A DNA stretch of 64,000 nucleotides, taken from positions 1-64,000 of the forward strand of contig NW_026857023.1 of assembly GCF_026571515.1 (NCBI RefSeq), given 5' to 3'. This DNA is from Ruditapes philippinarum (taxonomy: Eukaryota). The translations under genes were made by a program, and so were the position numbers. Positions 23,615-36,900 of the stretch are shown in pieces (within the stretch, counting starts at the first letter, position 1; each line of letters begins with the position of its first letter). The notes below the pieces were generated by a model. The model ran no database searches. It was not told where the DNA came from and was given only the letters and a program-made list of their open reading frames with translations.

Positions 23615-25366
23615 ATATATTTATTTATTCATTTTTCTTACAAAATCCTTATGTTATTACACAATGTACTTTTCATTCAAAAAGTATAATTCCTATCAAA
23701 AAAATTCATTTATCAAAAATGTTTACTTTTGATAAACATCTATTTACTAATCATTTCACTAAAAAGAGATTCTAAAGCACAAGGAAGATCTAAGAATCAT
23801 TATAAAAAAGCATAACAACATTAATTAATAATACAAACTTTCAGAATTATTATATTACTTTATGTGGCGTATCAGATAATATAGGCGAGAATTTTTTAAG
23901 CATGCATAAATAACAAAATTATGTAATACTAGAACGTCCAGAAGTCTTAAGAACTTAATTTCTTGCATTTAAATGATGCATTTTCACTGCTAGAGGATTT
24001 ACCGTATAATTTCTGTATAATTTGATCACCTCACTCTGGCACAAAAAAAAGCAACAAATAAAACAAAGTAAAAATGTTGAGAATAATGCTCTGGTAACTG
24101 TACATTATTTGACAAATATGATTCAATTAATTCAGACGGCAAAAACATGATCCTGGACATTTAATGGGAAATGGCAAAAATGTACATTCATAATTAGCAA
24201 TTATCATTTTTTATGCTACAAGCCATATTTCTGTTATTACATGTATTATAGAATCAATATTTAGTTTTTCAGATTATCTAAGATTAATTTAATTTTACAA
24301 TAACTATCAACTTAGGCAGTACAGAAATAAAATGACTATGAGTTCAAGTAAAATGATACAAGAATATTTATTTCAGTTTTATCATTATGTTTTTTCAACA
24401 AGCATTTCTAGCAGATTTCACATATTCAAATATAAAACTTGCACACAAAAAATGTAAGACAAGGGCTTGTCATCATTTTTCAATATTGATTTACTTATTA
24501 CAAAGTCTATATGATTAAATTATAGTCTCTATAAACACAAAATATATTACAAAACACTTTCACATGTTCAAAGACCATTACATAAAACACACAAGTATTA
24601 CACACATTATTCCATCTGGCAAGTTTCTTTTTTAATCATGGTTGCTTAATATAATTTGATCATGACTGTATAATATAACTCAATAACTGCATAATAAAGC
24701 TCAATCATGACTGCATTATATAACCCAATCATGCCTTTATGTCTGTATAACTCAATCATGACTTTATAACTCAATTATGACTGTATAAACTAAATTTATC
24801 ATGACTGCATAATAAAGCTTAATCATGATTGTATAATAAAACTCAATCATGACTTTATGATGTCTGTATGACTCAATCATGACTATATAACTCACTTATG
24901 ACTGTATAAACTTACTCAATCATGTCTCCATAATAAAGCTTTATCATAATTGTATAATATAACTCAATCATGACTTTATGATGTCTGTATGACTCAATCA
25001 TGACTATATAACTCAATTATGACTGTATAAACTTACGCAATCATGTCTCCATAATAAAGCTTAATCATAATTGTATAATATAACTCAATCATGACTTTAT
25101 GATGTCTGTATAACTCAATCATGACTATATAACTCAATCATTACTGTTTAACATAACCCAATCATGGCAGCAAAATCACTCATGACTACACATAGTTCAG
25201 TCATCACTACATAAAAACTACACAAACAAGTAAACTTTCGGACATATACTAAACATAATGTAGTAGATTCTTTGCCTTAACGTTAGTTTTACTAAATATA
25301 TGGTTGTTTTTTACACAAAAACAGATTGCACTATTTATTTTGTTGGTTAATTTTATCTTGTACATT
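23615..25366 (-). other. NCKAP1: Probable NCKAP1 3' UTR; candidate AATAAA signals near 23620-23629
   Basis: U-rich sequence after the stop; overlapping TTTATTTATT on + strand; true end not provable from sequence. Confidence 0.5.
24650..25210. repeat. Minisatellite (~20-bp ACTCAATCATGACTGTATA monomers, ~120-bp higher-order unit)
   Basis: Directly visible tandem array. Confidence 0.85.
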
Positions 25367-25477
25367 TCACGTTTCCGCAGCATGTTTGTACACAGAGTGG
25401 TACGCATTTCTAAGCAGTGCATATGGGAAGCATGACTCCAGCAGATCCATTGTCAAAAATGGTGACTCTTGGACAAT
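25367..25477 (-). CDS. NCKAP1: NCKAP1 last coding exon ([36 protein letters not shown])
   Basis: cag| acceptor; TGA stop at 25367-25369. Confidence 0.96.
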   Translation of the reverse strand: MVQESPFLTMDLLESCFPYALLRNAYHSVYKHAAET

Positions 25478-27914
25478 CTGTAAATAAAATATCATATTTA
25501 ATAAATTTATATCATTGGTAAGTGGTAACAAATGTACAAAGGGTAAAAAAACTAATATCTAATGCTGACTTGCGGGCTTTTATCTTTATATTTAATATTA
25601 TTTATATTATAATACTGCATGAAAACTTTTCCAGCAGGTTTATCACCAACAGCAACCAACATAAATCCCATTTTTCATCAACTAGCAAAATGACAACCAC
25701 TACAAAATTATCAAAATGTAACCAGATCATCATATACAGTAGAACTTCTATGAGTCGAACTTCGATTAGTCGATTTTCTCGATGTGTCAAAGTAAAATGA
25801 AAGTCCCGATTTTTTCCCTTATATATTCTTTATAAAAACGTATTCATGAGTCGAGATTTTATGTGTCGAATTTTTCGATGTGTCGAAGTTTTTTCGCTGT
25901 CCGTATAGAATAAATCTAGTACAATTTACCACAAATAAGTCGAAGTCCTTCGATTATTTTGACACCTTCGATCTCGAGACATTTTCCACACCTTTTCTGT
26001 TTCCGATTAACTTTAGTGACAGGTGTTAATTACACAGCCGAGTGTTCAACTAGCCTTTGTATGCGTTTAAATGTGTGAAAAAATGCTTTAATAGTTACTA
26101 TTTTAATTACCGTAGCGGTATTTGAAAGTACATGTAAACAGTAAGAACCATCATTTGAGTGCTTCCGTGACCCGGTGTCGCGTGATAATCACACGCGAAA
26201 TATTTACTATAAGCTGGTTTAGTTATTGCCCTTTCGTATTGTTACGCCTTTTGTAACTTCATTGTATACATCAACAGGTAGTCCAAATCATTACCCGTAA
26301 AAAGTTACTTAACATGTCATATTTATCATTCTATAATGTAAAATATCAGATTAATGAATGAAAGAAAAACATGAAATAGGTTACGTTATATATCTTATAA
26401 TTAGGGCTAGTCACGGGTTGAAATTTTGTCATGAAATTCAGACCGGTTCATGAGTCGAAGTCCCGATGTGTCGAAGTTTTTACACAAGTCCCTCCAACTC
26501 CGACTTACCGAAGTTCTACTGTAGTCCTAAATATTTTATAATAACATTAATAAACTACATTGTACAACATAGCTAACCTTGTCAAGAAGTAAATACACAG
26601 ATTCTCTATTCTTCACAGCTTCCTTCTCACTCTCCTGTCCTAATCTCAACAAACTGGAGGATGCCAACTGTAACACATGAAATAAATACAAGTTAATTTA
26701 TCATATTTTCATATATACAAATATTTATTAAAATAAGAAGCCTAGATTAATTCCTTTCACTTGGGAATACAAAACATAAATATGCTTCTTTTTTTATTTT
26801 TATTTTTCTATTTCTGTAATACGTAGATTCTTTAAATATACAACCATGAGGTTAATCACTTAAAATTAAACAACATCCATGAGAAGATGTAGATGACGGG
26901 TACCTACAAACATATATTAGTCTATAAATGAAGAGGAAACAAAGTTTACACATGTGTGACCAAAGACAGGACTACTTAGGTACTATATACTCTCCAGAAT
27001 ATTTTTTTTCCAGGATATATTTAGATTATTAAGAAAGTTAAAACATACAGCAAGGAATTCCTGGAGTCGTTGTTCTGTGTCTGATGGTCCATGTAGGTAG
27101 AACAGAGCACCTGCTAGTTGGTTAATTGCCTTTGCTAAACAATGACTGTTGTTCAAATGTCCTGTAAATGTAACAATATAACAACATTAAAATCCATGAG
27201 TAAAAGGTTCAAAGAACATATCACAATACATTCAACAACATAATAAATGAGGTTTTATTATAATGAACACTAGTAATCCTATTTTAGTACTCTTATTATC
27301 ACAGTAAGTGGCTTGTTCAAAGAGATATGAACAATAAGACCATAAAATCTTGTTTAATAACACTTAAGTATCCATTAATCCATTTACATTTCAATCCTGA
27401 TTTTGATTTTGTTGATTTAATGAAAATTTCTTTTACACATTATTTTAGAAAATTTGTACATATAAACAAGAACACAAAATGCAGTGTTAACACTCGTCTG
27501 TTAAAATTTCTTAATCAAAAAGGGGCATAACTCAAAAATTATTTCTTTCTGAATTATGCCCCTTGTCTTACATCTGCACCTTGTCATGATTAGCAAGTAT
27601 CCCAAGTTTCATGTTGAAGACAACTTTTGTAATGTTTGAATAATGGCTACATTAAAGTTTTTGCATGATGACAACGATAAAGTGATCATAATAGCTTGGC
27701 TTTTTCTTCAAAACAGACTAGCTAAAAATAAAATTAAATCCAGTCCTTACCTTCAACAGATGCAACAAAGATGGATTTCTGTTCAATTCTGGCTAGTTTA
27801 GGTATAGACACAGCAACAAACACCATCAGTAAACAGGCTATCTCATATTCACTGTCTGCATGGTCTGTAATATATCATTATTATAAAATATTCCAATATA
27901 ACACACATACTACT

Positions 27915-27967
<53 letters not shown>

Positions 27968-30900
27968 AACTGCTGAGACAGAGGACCAAAATACCTGGCT
28001 TTAAGGGTAAAATGGTGCTGTGAAGTTTCTGCTGAACAGTTGTCATTGAGCTGGCTATTCGTTCCACTAGCAACCAGAGTCTAACTTCATATTTATAAAA
28101 TAATTTGAATAGGAAAAAAGAAAACTATAATTTTATTAGTTTTAGCATTACAATGTATTTTCAAACAGTTGCATATGAATCTACAACTTTATTATACATT
28201 ATCTTGGGAGAAGGGGGTGTATAATGACATTTCACAATTCCTCGTGTACACATTTCATAACCAATTCCGATATGAAAGAATTGAAACAGATATAAAGTAC
28301 TTTTATTAAAAAGAGATATTTTTCTCAGGTTTGATTTAATTAATAAATAGTACTCACCATGTTTCTGTTGACGTAAAACTTGTACAAGTACAGGGTCAAT
28401 ACTGGAAGGTACCCCAGCCGATGAAGCCAACTCACTAACCATCTATAATATAGAAATGTATCTCTTGATATAGAACATATCCTAGAGAGTTCCTTACTGA
28501 TATATTTACTACTTAACTATCTAAAAATTGTGATGATTATAATATGGGAATATCATCATAACCTTAAGCCTAGATTTAACAGAAATAGGATGAAGTTTAA
28601 AAAAACAACAACATTAAAGGTACAGACAGAAAAAACACACTCCTAAAGTGATCAACATTTTAAAATGTTATACTTAAACTATTAAGGAATAAGTATTCTT
28701 TAGTTGAAATTCTTACAACAGTGACAGTCAACCAGATTTCTGTATTTGAAATTGCATTTATATATTTAGTATAGATCATTACATCAGTTTTCCTTGACAC
28801 AGTATTTTCTTGTTTGAAAAACAGGTCTAAAGGCTTTATGCAATTCTTAATATACTGTACCATTAAACAGTACAGTTTCACCATACTATGTGGTATCTGA
28901 CATCATTTTCAGGTAGGATAGATCCTCTCAATTAGTAGGGATTAATGCTGTGAATATCTTACTTCCTCATCAATTGTAAAGGAATATAGCTCTTTTTAAG
29001 TGGAAACTTGTTCCTTTATTATTATTAATTCTGATATAAAGTATTCGCTAATTATGAGTTCCTTAACTTTTTTTGCTATCATAAAAAACCCCAAACAAAC
29101 TCTGAAATACTTCTAATCTAGCAACATTTTCATAGAAACCTATACAATAGTACATATGTATATTCCTAGCTATAATTAAAGAACAGTTTTCCACTGAACA
29201 TTCACAATAAAACTGATATAATAATATCTGTGACAGCAATTTTCTCCTCTAATGTGAGGCATAAGATTCTGCTATTAAGGTCGTTTTTCCACATGGTATG
29301 GTAACACTGTAGACCCAGCACCAGAAAGGGATATCCTATCTTGTAAGCCAGCATCTAAACAAGGCAAGCTGACTGTCAGGTAGGTATAATGGAGAGCCAA
29401 ATCATCAAGCAACTAATTGTTCCTTACTGTAGCACATTATCTTAAACCAAATAGGTAGGAATAGCAAGATAAATCTCACATCAGGTAAAATACAAACACG
29501 GTAACTTAGTTCTCCTTCAAACAGAAACTATCTTGAATTCATGCAATCCAATGATTTAAATGCAAAAATCCTCAATTCATTTCAAGATTTAATACTAAAA
29601 AATGTGCATTGTTCTTTGATGAATTTTCTTAAATGTTGAATGGAAGGTTCATAAACCTAGGTGAAAACTAGCCTTTTTACTTTAAAACCATTTATTACAT
29701 AATTCTATCAGTCATTCCTACTTCTTATTATAATCTTTAAAAGACATTTTATTCTGAATCTGTAATTTCACTAATGTAAAAACTAGTTACTTTCTTGACT
29801 TATTTACTAAATAACTTGATTTAATTGACCTTGAAATGATATTAAATAATTTACTTCACATCTTAAAAATACCACATTTAATCTGATTTTATTACTACAT
29901 GTTTGTATTGTCCATTTTCATTGGTCTATCATGATAGATACAAGGCTGCTGTACCTTTTTCATTTCATTAATAAATTTTCATTTCAATCATGACACAGCA
30001 GTTATACAGTATTAGTATTGTGACTTTATTATCATGACTTTTGAATGTTATATGACCATTCATAATACGGCATGTTTGTAACATCGTTTTTCATTGGATA
30101 ATCTTGACGTTTATATAATATACATGTATATACGTGGCTGCAGTCAATTTATAAAGAAATTTCATTTCTCCTCTAATAAAATAAGTTTGCAGTATTTTAA
30201 ATTCAATGCCTTGGGTTATATACAAAACAACTATTCATACAGGGCCATATAACCTGTCAAAAACCTTATTAATAATACATGTAGTGAAATGGTTCTTTGC
30301 TATACAATCCTGACTTTGTTGCTTTGGTTATATAAACATACAACATTCATAATTAGCCATAATTATAACCTAACAATTTTTTTTTTGTGACAAATAAATG
30401 AATAAAAGTATTTCAGAGCAATTCCATTTTCATCAACAGCTCATTCTCAATTTTTGGACTCACTTCAAACTTTCACAATAGAAAAAGAAAAGGGATGCAA
30501 ATAATTGTACTGTTACTAAAACTCCATGCAGAAATCATAGACCAACCATACACATTTTTACATACAATCCTTCCATAATAAATGATCTCTTTTGTTAACA
30601 TCAGGTTAAAGGACGTGGCAATACAAATAGTGTCATTTTGGTGACTTTCCAATTTTTTTATGATTAGATAATTAAGACCTAACATGCACTCATGATTTTT
30701 AGGCATTGACTGGCATTTGGTTTTAAAACAATGATTCATTATAAGCCATAAAGGTGACTTCATATGGACTTGCCTTTGGTATGATCCACAGATTTATTGT
30801 TATCCATCTAGATGGTTTCATGGATGACTTTATGGACTTGCCTTTTTATTTGAACCAATGATTTATTGTAAGCTATCTAAATGCTTTTATGGACTTGCCT

Positions 30901-33900
30901 TTTATTTTGAACCAATGCTTTATTGTAAGCTAACTACAAGGCTATAAATTATGGACTTGCCTTTTTATTTGAACCAATGATTTATTGTAAGCTATCTACA
31001 AGGCTTTATGGACTTGCCTTTTTATTTGAACCAATGCTTTATTGTAAGCTATCTACAAGGCTATAAATTATGGACTTGCCTTTTATTTGAACCAATGATT
31101 TATTAATTGTCAGCTATCTACAAGGCTATATGGACTTGCCTTTTTATTTGAACCAATGATTTATTGTAAGCTATCTACATTTATTGTAAGCTATCTACAA
31201 GGCTTTACTAGTATTGCTTTTTTATCTGAACCAATGACTAATATTAAGTCAGCTAGATGGCTTCATGGCGTGGCAATTATTTGACCATTTATTTATTTTA
31301 AAGCTAGCTAGATGGCTTAATGGCATGGCATTTTGTTTGATCCACTGATCTACTGTAATCAATTAGGAGGATTTGAATAAAACTCTCATCAATCATGTAT
31401 TCACTAAGTTTTCAATACTAGTCACATCTGATTATCAAATTTAATTAATAATCTAACACTGGTGGACTGTAAGTTAAAAGAGGTGTAGATTTTAATTATT
31501 CTCTATCGTTTCAAAAGCATCTTATATCTTTTTACTATGTATGTCAATAAATTGGCACCTGTATAATAACCAGTTAGTGGATGGCTCATTTTGTTTACTC
31601 TAGTCTATAGCTTCTTTCTTCAACAGGAAATATCCAATCATATTCATCTGAATTAATTCATATTACAAAAAATAACAATTTTAACTCACTTTAACACAAT
31701 CAATGTTCGATTCATTATTTAAAGTATAATTGTTATATTGTTTTCAACTTCCCATCATCTATGTTTGTAAAGCATTAACTGAAAAAATAAACTACAAAAT
31801 CTTTCATATTGTTTTATATGCTTACAGTACAGTTATTTCTCAAAATAGTTTTTACAAAGATAGTATCTGTAGTTTACATTTATTCTAACATTTTTTGGTC
31901 ATGTCCCTCAGTCATTCCACCTAACCAGCATTCCTGGATAATTAACCAGTATTTCTCTTTACTATTCTATCGAATCTCCCTTACCTCTCTACAACATGTC
32001 CCCTCCCCATCCAATACCAAACATTTTGTTTGAATTTGTCATGCATAATTTCTGATCTTTTGAATGCTGAATAAGAATGGATATTTCCTTGTTTGGTACA
32101 AGAACAACAATGAACAACATAAACTGGGTAACATATCTAGCATGTCATACCTTTGAAATGATAAAAAATGTGCACAGACAACTCATGACTAATTACAGAC
32201 CAATACTACTATCAATATCTAAATATAAGGATCTATTTCCCTGACTGTTAGATTTTAGTGTTTTTATATTGGATCCCCACAAATTACTAAAGTTCTTAAT
32301 TCAAAAGAGGACACATCCATAACACAAAGTCAGGGTTATTGAGCTTGAAGTACAATTTAACATCAGTGCATGTTAAAAACATTGATGTTTTTTTTATTTT
32401 TGGGGGGGTTGGATTTTATGTTGCACCAACACAGTAAAGGTCTTTCCAGCTTTACTGGTGAAGGAAGACCTCAGCTGCCCCTCAGTGCATTATTTCAGGT
32501 ACGAACAGGAACCTGAGTAAAACCACAGATGTTTTGTAAGCTAGTTGGATAGCTTCCCTACATGAAAGAAGGTAGGATTAAACCTCGCAGCAGTGGGGTG
32601 AAAGTGGTCTAATGTCAACAACCTTAACTCTCTCGGCCACAGACGCCCCATGTTTTCAAACCCTTTTGAAGATTTGCTGCGATTATGATTTGCCTAAGCA
32701 ATCAGTATGGAGCCATGCTAATGTGTACATCAGTAAGTCTATAATATTGGCTTCCTTCATTCATATCAAAACCCCATTCATTAACAATAGATATTTCCAC
32801 TGTACATAATATGAATGGAAATGGATATAAAAAAAATAGAATGATTTTTTTTTCTTTCTTTTTTTTCAGAAAAACATGAAAACATATTCACATTTTTGAA
32901 CTCAATTCAAAGGTATGACAACTAACAACACACAAAGAAACGTTTCATTTTTGATTGGAGAACGTAGCACAACGTCTAAACAAAACTCCTAACCTTGCTG
33001 CGTAAAGTTGAATGCTGTACAGAAAGAAATAATTCATAATAAAAAGAAGACTGAAGGATAAAAGCAGATTGATTCCAAATAGATGTCTATGCAGAATCAG
33101 TTTATTTGTATCACAACATAATGCAACAGATAAACTTACTTTGCTCGAGCATCTATGTAAAAACTAATTATAAATTAGCCTTAACACACAGAAGAGTTAA
33201 GAAAAACTGAGAATAAAAATAAATTTTAGATCATGTAATTGTATCTTTTGATATGCAAACAGTAGAGAGAAAAAAATTGTTTGAAAATTATATTGTACTA
33301 CTTGAAAATCTGAAAAAAAGCCATCTACCATATAGAGAACAAGGCAGAAAACCAATGACACTTATTATAATGATATTTTATAATTCATTTGGGTTAGATA
33401 AATTTCAAAACAAAAAATTAAAAAATTACTTTAAGAAAAAAAAAAAGAACTTACCATGGAGTCTTTTGATTTTGGAACATAATGGTGAATGTCTCTAATG
33501 GAAGCAACCAAGAAAGGTACCCTATCTTCTAACACCTACAACATAAAATATATAGGTAACGGATAACCTTTTAAATAGCAGTCAAAGTATACGGCACCAG
33601 TGGTATTGATGACAAAATTGGATACAGAGGTGTTAGTTAACTTTGTGGACAAATGTCTTAAATATCTTAAACGTTAATGTAAAGCTGCACAATTGTATAA
33701 GTGGAAAAATACAATGTTTCAAAGTGTACAGTTAAACTGATGTAGGCAGATCACTTTTAAAACTACCTTTTTAATGTTTATTAATTCATTTCAAAGAAAA
33801 ACTAAGATACATGTAGCATTTATTTTCAAAATTGGCTTTAAAAGGTAGTATAACAGTATAAGCTTATTGGAACACTCTTGAATCTGCCCCCGACAGGGTT

Positions 33901-36900
33901 TGAACACATTCAGACAGCAATACTAAGATTACTAGTCTGATGTGTTAACCACTTGGCCACACAGCCACTGAAACTGGTTCATGATTGACCTTGGTACTTG
34001 TACAAAATGAGTACTTGTCAACTTAACACAAAAGAAAAACAATCTTACATCATTTAGGGCTTCTTGTGCGAGACTTCTGAATGACAGCAACACTCCAACA
34101 ATAGTCATACGTAATAACACGCTGTCCACATCTGAAAAATATAACTCCTATCATGACACAAGCTACAGTGCAACACTGTTGAAAATGAATAATGACACAA
34201 TATATCAATAGTGAATAATAATGACACAGTACGGTATTGAAAAATAATGACATAATGAATAACGAATAATAATGGCTAATAATGACACAGTATGATATTG
34301 AAAAATAATGACACAGTACAAAATTTTTTTAATGAATAACAACATTTGAACAGGATATGACTTAATAATGACAAACAATTATAACATTGAATAATGATAC
34401 TCATTTATTTCATGCTTTCCAGTGTTTTATTGTAATATATCAAATGATTATATTCTGATAAACCACTAGTGAAATTTATAAAATATAATTTTCACTGTAG
34501 CCGGACTATATCTGAATGCGGATGAAAAGAAAATCAAAACTAATTGGAATAACAGGCAAAAATAAATGCCGTCATGCGTAAATTTTGCTTCTTTTGGAAA
34601 AGAAAGTCGATGTCACCATACATTATGTTAAAAATGTAACAAAATTAAAGAAATTTAACAGAACTATATTTCAAACTTGTTGATGTGACGTCATGATGTG
34701 ATGACGTCACGAAGGAGAATGTGCGACGTTACGCGGCAAAATCAGTAAAAATTACTTAAAATCACTTAAAACGCATGAAATAAAAAGAAAATTTATTTGT
34801 TTTACATATAAGATTGAAATATATTTCATTCGTGAACACCAGCTATTATATTTTCATCTATATATTGCATCTGGAGGTCACTCAGTGAAATTATATTTCA
34901 ATCTTACATGCAAAACAAACAAATATCCTCTATGTATTATGTTAAGATAAAAGAATTATGACCTGATGTAATATCAATAACGCCACAATATAATTAATGA
35001 ATAATGTCACATTTGATTTTAATAAATAATGACACATTTAACACATACAAGATGTAAATCATATGTTTAGTTTATATGAGAATAAACTGAATTACTAAGA
35101 TATAGAAGAAAGAGCTAAAAAAAAACAATATTTAAACAAAAATAACAAAGTAAATAATAATAACTTATTGCAATAGTAATAAAAGAAGAATTTCTTTTTG
35201 AAAATTTCAAAAAAATTTAAATATATGTTTCTTAAGTGGGTCTGATTAAAAAAAAGACCTTGCATTTTCTCTTCAATTAATGAAGTTTTATTGAAATTAA
35301 AATATGCATATAATGGAAAACATCAGTGTTAAATAATTACATACTACGAAATGAATCATTAAATAATTTATTAAAAACCTTTCTGTAACTTTTGACAAAA
35401 TTAAGCAAAATCTCTTCAAGCCAAAACTAAAAACTATGCCAGGACAAGGTTAACAAACAATCTGTACTACTTTGGTATTTTCTAACTTTCAAAATTAAGC
35501 AACAGATCAAAAGTTTACAAGCATTTAAGCTTAGCTTGAAAATAAAAATACAAGTCTGGATTTAAAAAATAGGGCGCAAATAAATAATAAGAAAACAAAA
35601 TGATTATAAAAGAGCAGATTAGAGTAAAAACTTGCAGAAAAAATAGATAAAACAAAAACTAAATACAGATGCTTAGAAAATAAAATAAATCCTGGAGAAA
35701 AATAAATATTTGTGTGTGCTAGATTTTTTTTTCTCCATCTAAATTGATAACTGACATATAATTTTGTCATTGTCACAGTGTTATACTATTACAGTACTCA
35801 GACCCTAGTTCAAAATCCTATTTAGACTATAAAGATAATAGATTCAAGATTCACAAAATTAAGACACAAAACTTATTTTAAATACTTAAAATTTATGTTC
35901 TTAGAGAAAAACATTCCCAAGAATAATATGATACTTCATTTTCTATAAATAGCAATGGCAACCTTGACCTTGACCTATAAGCTTAAGAAAACTCCCTCCA
36001 ACTCATTTTTTAATCCCAACAAACAACTTAGTGACAAGATCAATGCGGAAGTCTACAGCAATATTGATAATGACCACGAAGCCTTTGATGCAGTAGCATA
36101 ATCAAATGACTTTTTGAGGTAACAGGTACTGCAAACAAATGCTGGTTTACTACTTAGGAGATACTTTTCAGATAATTTGACAATATATCGCTAAAATGTA
36201 CGCACATACATGATACAGCTCAACTTCATCGCTTTTACCTTCTAGTTATTTATAGCTTTACAAGAAACCGCCAAGAAACCTTTCCAAAAAGTAATAATCA
36301 GTCTAAATCCTTAAATTTAACTCTCTTTATCTTATAATAAATCAGATTAAACATCGCATTTACACTTATGTTGCACACCTGCTGTACAAGTGGTTCAAGC
36401 TAAATTTTAATTTTGTTGATGAACCATCATCGCTACCTGTCAACAAAGTTAAATCTACATCATTTGCTTTTTTAAAGTACTGTCCCAAACATTTGAACAT
36501 GGATGCAAACTAACATAAAAACAGAACAACTATGAAATGATAAAATCAAGCAATAAAATAAAATCTTGAACAAAAAAAATGTATGTACGATTTTAAAAAA
36601 GTGAAACTTAAAAATGGTATAGTGTATGGTTCTAGCCTATGTTAATTTCCATTCCGCATTTACAATGAAATTTTCTGCAAACAGAATAGAAAAATAAACA
36701 GTTCAAATCTTGTAACAAAAATATTCTATGTACAGAAAAGAAGTGTGATTCAATCCAGAAGATCGTAAAATGTCACTTTTTTTTCTTTTATAAAGTTTTG
36801 AAATGAAATATAAAAATCTCATGTAGGATATCCAATTTAGAGGTCAATGACCTACAGCCTTTGTTTTGTCAAAATAGATTTTCTATAATTATTCCGATTT

